A stretch of DNA of 64,000 bases. It comes from Mobula hypostoma. Lineage: Eukaryota. The position numbers and the translations under genes were made by a program. The notes beneath the pieces were generated by a model. It was not told where the DNA came from. It saw only the letters and a program-made list of their open reading frames with translations, and did not search any database. Each line of letters opens with the position of its first letter. Within the stretch, counting starts at the first letter, position 1. Location of the stretch: NCBI RefSeq assembly GCF_963921235.1, contig NC_086097.1:98830001-98894000 (forward strand), written 5' to 3'. This document shows positions 40,853-52,566 of the stretch, in pieces.

Positions 40853-41889
40853 CCCTAAAGACAAATGACGTTGGTCAATATTCTCTTAGGATTCGTACAC
40901 ACTTAACTGAGGGAAAACTGCTGAGGCAAAAAGCAGATTCAGTCTCGTACCAGAGCGTAGGCAGCCATTTCACCAGCAGCACAGACAAGGGTCAGGCAGT
41001 GTGCACTGACAGAGTGGCAAGTGATTCCCTCGATGGGGGAGCAACCCATGGTCACCACAGTCCTGGGCCGCAGGAAGCAATGGTAGTGGCATAAGAAACA
41101 GAAACAAGCTAAATCCACTTGGCCCATCAAACCAGTTCTGTTATTCAGTGAGATAAGTTTTCTCAGTGCCTCTATTTACTCAACATCTAAGAATATCCTT
41201 GAATATACTCTCTCAGTAAGCTTCAACAGCTGTCTTGGGTAAGGAATCCAGTACTATGCTCTGGCTGAGGAAGTTTAGTTCCCATCTCCTTAAAAGCAGA
41301 AGAAAGCTTTTGACCCATCAAGTCTATTATGGTTCCATGTAGGCTCTCAAAACAATCCCATAATATATCTGTCCCCTGTCTTCCTTTTTTATTCCCCGCC
41401 ATTTACATCAGCCAATTAACCAACTTACCCATAATCTTTTGGGATGTGGGACAATATAGGAATGCGCACACAGGGAGAACGTCCGAACAGCACATAGACA
41501 GCACTGGGGACCGGGACTGAACCCGGGTTTCTGGAGCCCAGGTACCTGTTGTACCACTGCCGCCTTTCCTCATCTCTCCCGCACGGCTGCCTTGTCGTTT
41601 TGAGACCAGACACCAGAAATAATCACCTTTACCCCTGCTTGCCCAGCCTAGAAGAAGCCTATACAGTCTAACGTAATCACCTTTTCCCGAGTCTGGAGGA
41701 TATAAGTCAATTTGCACAATCTCCTCTCACAGAGCAACTCTCCCCACTCCATGGATCTGGTCAGCCTACAGCCTCCAAGATGGAGAGACGTGGGGAGTCC
41801 GTGGTGCAGATAGGAGGGAGGGGTGGGCGAGGACCTAGGGGATGAAGCTGGTCATCGGGGTGTGAAGGAAGGGGACCTTGGGGAATTGG

Positions 41890-42220
41890 TGGAGGAGAGG
41901 GAGGGGAGGAGAGGAGGAGGGAGGGGAGGAGAGAGGGGAGAGGGGAGGAGAGAGGGGAGAGGGAGGGAGGGAGGGAGAGGGGAGAGGGAGGGAGGGAGGG
42001 GGGGGGAGGGAGAGAGGGAGAGAGGGAGGGAGGGAGGGAGAGAGGGAGGGGAGAGGGAGGGGAGGGGAGAGAGGGAGGGGAGGGGAGGGGAGGGAGGGGA
42101 GGGGAGGGGAGGGGAGGGAGGGAGGGGAGGGGAGGGGAGGGAGGGAGGGGGGGGGGAGGGAGGGGGGAGAGGGGGGGGGGGGAGGGAGGGGGGGAGGGGG
42201 GAGGGAGGGAGGGGGGAGAG

Positions 42221-42258
<38 letters not shown>

Positions 42259-43030
42259 GAGGGGGGGGGGGGGGGGGGGGGGGAGGGGGGAGGGGGGGAG
42301 AGGGAGGGAGGGAGGGGGGGAGAGGGGGGGAGGGGGGAGGGGGGAGGAGAGGGGGGAGGGGGGAAGGGGAGGGGGGGAGGGGGGAGGGGGGAGGGGGGAG
42401 AGGGGGGAGGGGGGAAGGGGGAGAGGGGGGAGGGGGGAGGGGGGAGAGGGGAGAGGGGGGAGAGGGGGGGGGGAGAGGAGGGGGGAGGGGAGAGGAGGGG
42501 GAGAGGGGAGAGGAGGGGGGGGGAGGGGAGGGAGGGGGGAGAGGGGAGGGGGGGAGGGGGGAGGGGAGAGGGGGGAGGGGGGAGGGGAGAGGGGGGAGGG
42601 GGGAGGGGAGAGGGGGGAGGGGGGGAGGGGAGAGGGGGAGGGGAGAGAGGGGAGGGGAGAGGGGGAGGGGAGAGGGGAGGGGGGAGAGGGGGAGGGGGGG
42701 GGGGGGAGGGGAGAGGGGGAGGGGAGGGGAGAGGGGGAGGGGGAGAGGGGGAGGGGGAGGGGGAGGGGGAGGGGGAGGGGAGGGGGGGAGGGGGAGGGGA
42801 GGGGGGGAGGGGAGAGGGGGAGGGGGAGGGGAGAGGGGGAGGGGAGGGGAGAGGGGGAGGGGAGAGGGGAGGGGGGGGGAGGGGAGGGAGGGGAGGGGAG
42901 GGGGGGAGGGGAGAGGGGGGAGGGGAGAGGGGGAGGGGAGAGGGGAGGAGGGGAGAGGGAGAGGGGAGAGGGAGGGGAGGGGAGGGGAGGGGGGGAGGGG
43001 GGGGAGGGGGGGGAGGGGAGGGGGGGGAGG

Positions 43031-43075
<45 letters not shown>

Positions 43076-44932
43076 GGGGGGAGAGGGGGGAGAGGGGGAG
43101 GGGGGAGAGGGGGAGAGGGGGAGGGGGAGGGGGGAGAGGGGAGAGGGGGGGAGGGGAGAGGGGGGAGGGGAGAGAGGGGGGGGGGAGGGGGGAGGGGAGA
43201 GGGGGGGAGGGGGGAGGGGAGAGGGGGGGGGGGAGGGGAGGGGGAGGGGGGAGGGGAGGGGGAGGGGGGAGAGGGGGAGGGGAGAGGGGGGAGGGGAGAG
43301 GGGGAGGGGAGAGGGGGGAGGGGAGAGGGGGAGGGGAGAGGGGGGAGGGGAGAGGGGGAGGGGAGAGGGGGGAGGGGAGAGGGGGAGGGGAGAGGGGGGA
43401 GGGGAGATGGAGAGGGGGAGGGGGGAGGGGAGATGGAGAGGGGGAGGGGGGAGGGGAGAGGGGGGAGGGGTGAGGGGGAGGGGGGAGGGGAGAGGGGTGA
43501 GGGGTGAGGGGGGAGGGGAGAGGGGAGAGGGGAGAGGGGAGAGGGGGAGGGGAGAGGGGGAGGGGAGAGGGGGAGGGGAGAGGGGGGAGGGGAGAGGGAG
43601 AGGGGGAGGGGGGAGGGGAGAGGGAGAGGGGGAGAGGGAGAGGGGGAGGGGAGAGGGGGAGGGGGGGGAGGGGAGGGGGGGGGGGGGGAGGGGAGAGGGG
43701 GAGGGGGGAGGGGAGAGGGGGGGGGGGGAGGGGAGAGGGGGAGGGGGGAGGGGAGAGGGGGAGGGGGAGGGGGGAGGGGGAGGGGGGAGGGGAGAGGGGG
43801 AGGGGGAGGGGAGAGGGGAGGAGGGGAGAGGGAGAGGGAGAGGGAGAGGGGAGGAGGGGAGAGGAGAGGGGGAGGGGGGAGGGGGAGGGGGAGGGGGGAG
43901 GGGAGAGGGGAGAGGGGGGAGGGGAGAGGGGAGGGGGGAGGGGAGAGGGGAGAGGGGAGAGGGGGAGGGGAGAGGGGGAGGGGGAGGGGAGAGGGAGAGG
44001 GGGAGGGGGGAGGGGGTAGGGGGAGGGGAGAGGGGGAGGGGAGAGGGGGAGGGGAGAGGGGGAGGGGAGAGGGAGAGGGGAGAGGGGGAGGGGAGGAGGG
44101 GAGAGGGAGAGGGGAGAGGGGGAGGGGAGGAGGGGAGAGGAGAGGGGGAGGGGAGGAGGGGAGAGAAGAGGAGGAGGGGAGAGGAGAGGGGGAGGGGGGG
44201 AGTAGGGTAGGGGAGGGAGAGGGGGAGGGGAGGGAGAGGGGAGGGGAGGGAGGGGAGGGAGAGGGAGATGAGGGAGGGGAGGGAGGGGAGAGGAGGGAGG
44301 GGAGGGAGAGGAGGGAGGGAGGGGAGGGAGAGGAGGGAGGGAGAGGGAAGGGGAGGGATGGGAGAGGGGACGGAGGGGGAGGGGAGAGGGAGGGAGGGGG
44401 AGGGGAGAGGGAGGGAGGGAGGGGGAGGGGAGAGGGAGGGAGGGGGGAGGGGAGAGGGAGGGAGGGGGGAGGGGAGAGGGAGGGGGGGAGAGGGAGGGAG
44501 AGGGGGAGGGGACGAGGGGAGAAGGGAGAGGGAGTAGTAGGGAGGGGGAGGGGAGAGGGAGGGAGGGAGGGGGAGGGGAGAGGGAGGGAGGGGGGAGGGG
44601 AGAGGGAGGGAGGGGGAGGGGAGAAGGGGGAGGGGACGAGGGGAGAAGGGAGAGGGAGTAGTAGGGAGGGGGAGGGGAGAGGGAGGGAGGGAGGGGGAGG
44701 GGAGAGGGAGGGAGGGGGGAGGGGAGAGGGAGGGAGGGGGGAGGGGAGAGGGAGGGAGGGGGGAGGGGAGAAGGGGGAGGGGACGAGGGGAGAAGGGAGA
44801 GGGAGTAGTGGGGAGGGGAGAGGGAGGGAGGGAGGGGGGAGGGGAGAGGGAGGGAGGGGGAGAGGGGAGAAGGGGGAGGGGACGAGGGGAGAAGGGAGAG
44901 GGAGTAGTAGGGAGGGGAGAGGGAGAGGGGAC
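41890..44932. repeat. ~3 kb polypurine (G/A) low-complexity tract in CCDC32 intron 1
   Basis: Almost exclusively G and A on the + strand. A higher-order unit GGGGACGAGGGGAGAAGGGAGAGGGAGTAGT recurs 4 times at 44500-44930. Confidence 0.98.
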
Positions 44933-44959
44933 GGAGGCCGCCCCGCCAACGTCACTCAC

Positions 44960-45020
44960 CCTCTGACTTCCCAGTCGCCGCCTCTGAAGGAGCAGGAGGC
45001 GCGGCGCGGCGTAAACGTCA
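44960..45020 (-). other. CCDC32: Putative non-coding exon 1 of CCDC32 (5' boundary unknown)
   Basis: Consensus donor AGG|gtgagt at 44959 inside a short CpG-rich patch upstream of the first coding exon. That coding exon has an acceptor only 2 nt before its ATG, so it needs an upstream exon. Confidence 0.7.
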
Positions 45021-45039
45021 TCAAACGGCGACAGCAGAT
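44990..45039 (+). other. Putative non-coding exon 1 of the PCMT1-like gene (5' boundary unknown)
   Basis: Donor GAT|gtgagt at 45040 in the CpG-rich patch. The coding exon at 46871 starts with an acceptor and needs an upstream exon. Confidence 0.6.
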
Positions 45040-45719
45040 GTGAGTGGGGGACGGAGGGACGGAGGGTCGGAGGTGGGTGATTGTGGAAGAGGCACAGGGA
45101 AAGGAGAGAGGGAGTGAGTGATGAAAGGGGAGCTTGGAGCGAGGGAGTGAGCAATATAAATTGCTAACTGTATTTTGTCCCTCAGCACGGCTTTTCCATT
45201 CGTAATCCTTAACCTTTGACTCTCCAGTTTCCAAACACTTGACCCCCACCGGCACCCTAGGTAGAGAATTCTCCCTTCCAAGAAGAAATTCCTCATCCTC
45301 CATTCTCAGCTGCCCACTTATTTTTAACTTTTCTTCTGAGTTGTAATTCTCCCACCGGGGCGGGGGGCAACTATACCATCAAGCCTTCTCGAAAAAGAGG
45401 TTTCATTCACAGAGCAACACACACAAAGTGCAGGCCAGGCAGCATCCACAGGAAGAAGCACAGTTTCTTACTATCTCTTCTTTCAGTTAGTCCTGACGAA
45501 GGGTCTCGGCCCGAAACGTCGACTGTGCTTCTTCCCATGGATGCTGTCTGCAGCTTATTTCGATCTACGCTGCTCCCCCACCCCCAATAGCAGATGTTGA
45601 TGCAGCCAGTTACAATGCTCTGCACGGTACATCTGTAGAAACGTGGGAGAGAATGTTAAAGATTAGGAGGCAGGCTAATGAAAGAGTCCCCAGGTTGTCA
45701 AATGATAAAAATATAGGGC

Positions 45720-46560
45720 ATGCAAAATGCTGGATCAGTGATGTGTGCGCACACGGTTCTGGTCTCCTAGCTATTAGGGAAGATGTCATTAAGTTGAAGA
45801 GACTGCAGGAGGTACTCACAAGGACGTTATTCGGACTGAATGGGCTGAGTTATAAGGAGAGGCTGGAAAGGCTGGGACTTTTTTCCCTGGAGTGTTGGAG
45901 GCTGAGGGGTGACCTTACAGAGATTTTAAAAAACCATGAAGGATAGTCACAGTCTTTCTCCAGGGGTAGGGTGGACTAAAGCTGTAAGGTGAATGGGGAA
46001 AGATTTCAAAAGGACCTGAGCGAAAACTTTATTACACAGAGGATGGTGGATATGTTGAATGTGCTGCCAGTGAGAGCTGTAAAAGGATAAAATGACAACA
46101 TGCAGACAATTCATGGATAGGAAAGGCTTAGAGAATGTGGGCCAAATGTAGGCAAGTGGGACTTGGTGAAGAGGCATTGATGGTGTGGATAGTCAGAGGC
46201 TTTTTCCCAGGGCTGAAATGGCTAACACGAGAGGGCATAGTTTTAAGGTGCTTGGAAGCAGGAGGAGATGTCAGGGGAAAGTTTTTTACGCAGGGAGTGG
46301 TGAGTGCGTGGAATAGGCTGCTGGCGGCGATGGTGGAGGCGTTTGCGATAGGGTCTTTTAAGAGACTCCTGGATAGGTTCATGGAGCTGAGAAAAATAGA
46401 GGGCTACGGGTAAGCCTAAGTAATTCTAAGGTAGGGACATGTTTGGCACAGCTTTGTGGGCCGAGGGGCCTGTATTGTGCTGTAAGTTTTCTATGTTTTT
46501 GAGAGCTTGATTGGCATGAACAGACTGAGCCGACGGGTCTGATTCCCTGTTGTATGACTA
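45720..46560 (+). mobile_element. Two nested CR1 3' fragments
   Basis: LSYKERLERLGLFSLE.RLRGDL and FFTQ.VV..WN remnants. Confidence 0.85.
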
Positions 46561-46874
46561 TGGATAAATGCACTGAAACCTTGGAGAGCTGGAAGGATGA
46601 GGAAAGTTGAAGGAATGAAGGTGGGAATTATTACCAGACCATTGGGGAATTGACAGCAAGCTGATGAATGAGTGGAATAGGGTGCAAGACAGCTACCACT
46701 AGCCACGTGTACCTGCAGAGGAAGAGGGATGTTTTGAGTGAGTTTCTAGGTTGTCTGGTGATGGTGTTGCAGATATTGGCACTAATTGTTGTTCTTTGGT
46801 TCAGTTCAAGGGACGTGCTGAAAATGCTGAGGCTGTCTGTTATGTTTCCGATGGGTATGCTACTTTTCAGGACC

Positions 46875-46929
46875 ATGGCCTGGACGTCCTCTGGAATCTC
46901 CCACTCTCAGCTAGTCGAGAACCTGAGAA
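46875..46929 (+). CDS. First coding exon of a PCMT1-like protein-L-isoaspartate(D-aspartate) O-methyltransferase (MAWTSSGISHSQLVENLR); PCMT1 versus pcmtl-type paralogue unresolved
   Basis: Acceptor tacttttcag| at 46870, Kozak ACCATGG, 18 codons + 1 nt, then donor gtgagt at 46930. Resembles recalled PCMT1 N-terminus MAWKSGGASHSELIHNLRK, with the intron at the equivalent position. Next exon not found in the window. Confidence 0.85.
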
Positions 46930-47845
46930 GTGAGTAACTCCTGCCCTTTGGTTCTGGGCGAGCTGCATCCATTCGTTAGTATCGTGTGGATAAACCAATC
47001 AGGTCAGGTGACATGTGGAGAGAGAACAAGGTGGTGCGTTGGGTAAGGACCCCCAGCACCCAGGGCATGCCCTTTTCTCACTGTTACCATCAGGTGGGAG
47101 GTACAGAAGCCTGAAGGCACACACTCAGTGATTCAGAAACAGCTTCTTCCCCTCTGCCATCCGATTCCTAAATGGGCATTGAAACCATGAACACTACCTC
47201 ACTTTTTTTAATATTATTTCTGTTTTGCATTATTTTGAATCTTAACTATTCAAACAAAAATACACACACACACTTACTGACATTGATTAACTTTATATAT
47301 TATCATGCATTGAACTGCTGCTGCTAAGTTAACACATTTCAAGACACATGCTGCTGATAATAAACCTGATTCTGAAAGTCCTTAGCACTTCCATGGTTAG
47401 TGTTTAATACACATGGGTGAAGGGGAAAGGCAAAGAAACACTCAGACTGTGGCGCTTGTGAAACCCATGTTCTCTTTTCCATCTGTTCACATGTTTTCGT
47501 ATACCCCTCCTCTCTCTTGTACTCTCAGAGCTTGACAAGGTGAGTATTTCCTCCAGCTTAAGCCCACAAACCAGGATTCAGGGTTTGAACGTGTAGGGTC
47601 AGCCATTCAATGCAAAGAGGCTCAGAAATAATTTATCCTGATGGTGGTGAATCTTTGGAACTCTGCCCAAGACAGCTATGGAGCCTGGGGATAATCAAGG
47701 TGGAAATTGACAGGTTTTTAGATGTCAATAGATATGAGATGAGTACTTCTTGGGTAGAAGATCAGAAATTATCCATGCAAAGAGAAACAATTCATGTTTT
47801 AGGTCAGAGGCCCTTCATCAGAAATGCAAAGGTGAGTAAAACAAG

Positions 47846-48157
47846 TTGGTTTCAGTGGCTGAGAAGTGGTTTCAGTGGCCGAGAAGTGGTTTCAGTGGCC
47901 GCGAAGGGGTTTCAGTGGCCGCGAAGGGGTTTCAGTGGCCGCGAAGGGGTTTCAGTGGCCGCGAAGGGGTTTCAGTGGCCGCGAAGCGGTTTCAGTGGCC
48001 AAGAAGCGGTTTCATTCACAGAGAAGTGGTTTCAGTGGCTGAGAAGTGGTTTCAGTGACAGAGAAGTGGTTTCAGTGACAGAGAAGTGGTTTCAGTGGCA
48101 GAGAAGTGGTTTCAGTGGCAGAGAAGTGGTTTCAGTGGCAGAGAAGTGGTTTCAGTA
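47846..48157. repeat. 20-bp minisatellite (TGGTTTCAGTGGCNGAGAAG), ~15 copies
   Basis: Directly visible head-to-tail units. Confidence 0.97.
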
Positions 48158-48169
48158 AATGAGCAACAA

Positions 48170-49568
48170 GAGAGTGAGTCGTATGCTTTAATCTGAGTCC
48201 AGTGTTTCCACTGGCTGCTTTGCCGAGTCTGTACACAGACGCAGGTATCATTGGTTAAGAGTACCGTCTGTGGTCCTATCCACCAGGGGGCAAACCCTGG
48301 CCTTTCTGGCAGCACCCTCACCATAACTTGGTCGCCAGGCTGTGGAAGAACTATCCTCTTTCCCTCTGGCTCTCTCTGATCAGCGATTCGCTTCTGTTGT
48401 TACGCTCGGTCCTTTAGCACTTTAAGTTGGTTACAAAGGTCTTTCACATATTGGGTCATTCTATCCCTGTAAGTCCCAGGCTCCCCGCATCCGTAATTAC
48501 CCCATAAGAGAGTCGCATTGCTCGCCCCATCAATAATTCGTGGGGGTTGAGACCCATCGTGCGGTTCGGGGTTGCGCACAATCTCTTCTGGATTTCTGGG
48601 AATACATCGACCCCTGTCTTTCCTGTCTCAGCTATAGCCTTGGCTAACGCATTCTTGATTGTTCGGTTCATTCTTTCTGCCATCCCTGAACTCTGGGGGT
48701 GGTAGGGTACGTGGAACCGCTGTCGAATCCCTAGTAGTTGGCACATTTCCTTCATCACTTTCCCCGTGAAATGTGCTCCCTGGTCTGAATCCACCTGAAC
48801 TGGGGTTCACCACCTTGGGAGGATTTCCTGAACTAGGATCCATGCAGCAGTGCGGGCGGTGCAGTCCCTTGTTGGGAAAGCCTCTACCCACCGGGTGAAG
48901 TGATCCATAATTACTAGACAGTAGCTTTTCCCCCTGCTTTTGGGTAGGAGCCCCGTGAAGTCTATCTGAATGTTGCCAGCTGTAGCTTTCTGCCCTTACC
49001 AGGGTTATGCTGGGCACAAATGATACAACGGTGGCAGAATTTCTCAACATCCCTGCCCATCCCTGGCCGCCAGCAGCCCTGCCGGAGGGTTGTGATCATG
49101 CTCTGCCTCCCCTGATGCATCACCCCATGATATAACTTTACTAGTATCTGTCTAAGACAGGGTGTGGGTGTGGCAACTCTTTCCCCCCCATGTGTCCAGC
49201 ACCCACCTGGTCCCTTCTTTGCTCCTTTTCTCCTCCATTTTTCCTTCTCTTCTGCCTCTACCTCTTCACAGAATTTTATTAAACTGGCTTCTCTCATTCC
49301 TTCCTGCACACTTGCAATTTCAATTGCCTCTTGTTCCTCTGCTGCCATCTTCGCAGCGACATCTGCCCACTCATTTCCCTTTTGTTTCATGCTCTCACCC
49401 TTCTGGTGCGCTTTTACCTCAATCACTGCCACCTCTTCTGGCAGGCTCACTGCTTCCAGTAGCTGTTGTATAGGTGCCCTTGCTGAATATTAGTACCTGT
49501 TGAAGTTATGAATCCTCGTCGTGCCCAAGCCATTAGGTAATCATGCACCACCCCGAATGCATACCGAC

Positions 49569-49609
<41 letters not shown>

Positions 49610-50414
49610 GTCTGCCCTCGCTGCAGCGTAGAACTTCTATCAGAGCTACCAGTTCTGCTACCTGAGCTGAGCAACCCCCTGGCAGTGCTCCTGAAGCTAA
49701 CTCTTCACCTGTTTCCTTCACCATGGCCTACCCAGTTCGTGGTTTCCCATCTATGTACCTCCTAGACCCATCTATAAAGATTTCATCTGCTGTTCCTTCC
49801 AGAAGTGTTTCCTTCACACCAATATCTTCTTCCTTGACAATTTCTATTTGGCACTCGTGCTTCTCCCTCTGTTAAGATGGCGTTCGTGGGATTCTCCCCA
49901 GTGTCTAACTATGGTTACTGACTTGTCCTTTGGAATGAGAACTGCCTCCCAAGCTGCTCTTCGGCTATCGGTGACTGCCCTCAGCCCTTCCGTGTTTAGG
50001 AGCTCTACAATGGTGTGGGGTGTGTGTAGGATCAGTTGCCCCATCATCACAACTGGTTTGCTTACTCGCACAGCCTACGTGGCGCAGTCCAAAGCTGCAA
50101 CACAGTGGGGGAGCCCTACCGCAGCAGGGTCCTGTTTCGTAGAATAATAGGCCACTGGCCTTCTAGCGTCCCCATGGTCCTGTACCACTACCGCGTTGTA
50201 GTACCCTCCCTCGTTACTACAGTATAGATGCAAGGGGCGAACTGCATCTGGTAACCCTAGCACGGGTGCAGAGACCAGGGCTTTCTTGTTTTCTATAAAG
50301 GCCTTTTCCTCTTCCGACCCCCACTTTACTTCTTCCAGAGGGGCTTCCCTCCTTTAATCGAGGCCTGTATCAGGGCCACTAGTGCTGAGAACCCCGCTAT
50401 AAAATTTCGGTAGT
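48170..50414 (-). pseudogene. pol: ERV tether, RNase H and integrase remnant
   Basis: Successive minus-strand ORF fragments with tether, RNase H, HHCC, DDE and C-terminal PGDQV..W.GP motifs; several stops and frameshifts. Confidence 0.9.
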
Positions 50415-52566
50415 TTAATTTGATGTTGGAACCTTTGGCTATTGCACTTCGTGAAGCTAAAGATATTCAAAGAATTTCCATAAATGGGACTATTCTTAAG
50501 ATCTCCCTTTATGCTTTATCTCTTAGTTTATGTTTCGAATCCTGAAGAATCCATTCCTAGTTTATTGAAATTATTAAATGAATTTGGAAAGTTTTCGGGA
50601 TATAAATTAAACCTCAATGAAAGTGAATTATTTCCTCTAAATGATTATGCTTCTATATATGATGACATTCCTTCTAAAGTTATCGACTCTTTCAAATATT
50701 AGTATTGTCGTTACTAAAAATTATGGAGACCTTTATAGAGCTAATTTGGTTCCCTTAGTCGATTTTATGAAGCAAATATTTTGTAGATGGAATCCACTTA
50801 CACTTTTGTTAGCTGGCTGAATTCATGCAGTTAAAATGATGATTTTACCAAAATTTTTATATGTATTTCAAAATATTCCTATTTTTTTAACTAAGAAGTT
50901 TTTTTGATCAGGTTGATTCTATTATTTCATCTTTTGTTTGGAATAATAAAAGACCAAGAATTGGAAAATATCATTTACAAAAATCAAAAAAGGATGGAGG
51001 TCTTGCTCTGCCTAATTTAAGAGTGTATTATTGGGCGGTTAATATACATTATGTGTGTTCTTGGTTATATTGGACTGATAAAAATGAATGACCACCTTGG
51101 GTTGATTTGGAATTGAAAGCTGTGAAACAATTTTACTTAACTTTGTTATTAGGAGCCTCTTTACCTGTACAACTGGCCAAAATTTCTAATCTAAATTTAT
51201 ATCTATGATTAAGCAGTCATTACGAATTTGGTACCAGTTTCATAATTTTTTTAATCTTAAAAAGTTTAACCTTCTTAGTTTAATTTAGCAAAACTATCTA
51301 TTTAAACCTTCACTTAGTGATCCTACCTTTTTTTTGAGGAATAAAAGAGTTTATTCCTTCATGGATCTGTTTCAAGAAGGTAGATTGATGTCTTTTGAGA
51401 AATTAGAAACTAAATATTCCCTCGCGCACTCACATTTCTTGCAATATCTTCAGGTCAGACATTTCTTACACGAATATTTAAGTAATTTTCCATATATACA
51501 AGATTCTGACCTGTTAGACATTATTTTAAAAATGAATCCTTTAGTGAAAGGTTTTATTGGGAAAATTTATAATTTACTATCACAACAGTATAATTATCCT
51601 TTACTTAAGATTAAGCAAGATTGGGAAAGGGAGCTTAATATGACCTTGATATCAGAGGATTGGTTGTGAATTTTGAAGTTGGTTAACTTCTTCGATTTGT
51701 GCCAGTCACTCTCTAATTCAATTTAAAATTGTACATTGTTACTATTTGACAAAGGAGAGACTGTCTAAAATATTTCCTAATGTTGGTAGTCAGTGTGATA
51801 GACGTAAAACTGAGACAGCTATATTGACACATATGTTTTGGTTGTGTTCTGTATTTTAACAGTTTTGGAAATCTATTTTCTCTATAATTTCTAAAACTTT
51901 AAAAATTAATTTACAACCTAATAAATTGACTGTTTTGTTCGGTATAATCCCTCAATATATTCACAGTATTTCTTTATCAGACCAACATGTAATTGCATTT
52001 GTCACATTATTGGCCAGAAGGGCTATTTTATTAAAATGGAAAGATGCCTCTGCTCCCACTTTGATACAATGGTTCTCTCAGATGATGTTATGTCTTAGTT
52101 TGGAGAAAGTTAGAAGTCGAACTTTTGATCCTTGATTTGACTTTGAGAAAATGTGGGGTTCTTTTGCCCGCTATCATTTGATTTGAGTTCATTAAGATGG
52201 TCCCATTCTGATTCTTGTGTAATTGGATTTGGTTGGCGGATTGATATTTTTCTTTTGTGGAAGCTTGTATGGTGTATAGCTCCGGGGTTGTGCTCCCAAT
52301 GGGTTTTTTTTCCCTCTCTTTTTTTTCAGTTAGTAGGGTTTTTTTTTGTTTTAGTTAGTAGGGGTTCTTTTTTCCTTCTTTCTTTTTCCCAAAAAAATAG
52401 TTTTAACATTTTGTTTTTTCTTATTATTATTGGTATACTGTTTAGCTTGGTTAATCAGTTATTTGATAGTTTAACTTTTATTGTACATATTGATATGTCG
52501 ATTTGACTACTTTAATGTAATTTTTTTGTTGATTTTCAATAATAATAAGATTTAAAAAAAGAAAAA
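50415..52566 (+). mobile_element. 5'-truncated L1 inserted in ERV pol
   Basis: ORF2 remnants (FSGYKLNL, HMFW.C, LARRAILLKWK) and an A-rich tail. TSD AAAATTTCGGYAGT at 50401-50414 and 52567-52580. Confidence 0.93.

Larger units (their letters stand above)
44930..45075. promoter_or_regulatory. Compact CpG-rich bidirectional promoter region
   Basis: Dense CpGs, GC box (GCCCCGCC at ~44940), two ACGTCA CRE/ATF-type half sites (44949-44954, 45015-45020), flanked by outward-facing GTGAGT donors. Confidence 0.7.

Noticed and set aside
41761..45154. Very long Pro/Ser/Leu-rich and Gly/Arg/Glu-rich ORFs (up to 1100 aa)
   Set aside because: By-products of a G/A-only tract that almost never forms stop codons; the tract lies in CCDC32 intron 1.
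47529..47539. 11-nt AG/GTGAGT-bounded micro-exon on the PCMT-like strand
   Set aside because: Does not encode the expected PCMT continuation, and coincides with the start of a degenerate CR1 3' fragment.
46940..47845. Possible ERV env or 3' LTR
   Set aside because: Contains only Rex1/CR1-type fragments; no similarity to the 5' LTR and no env-like ORF.
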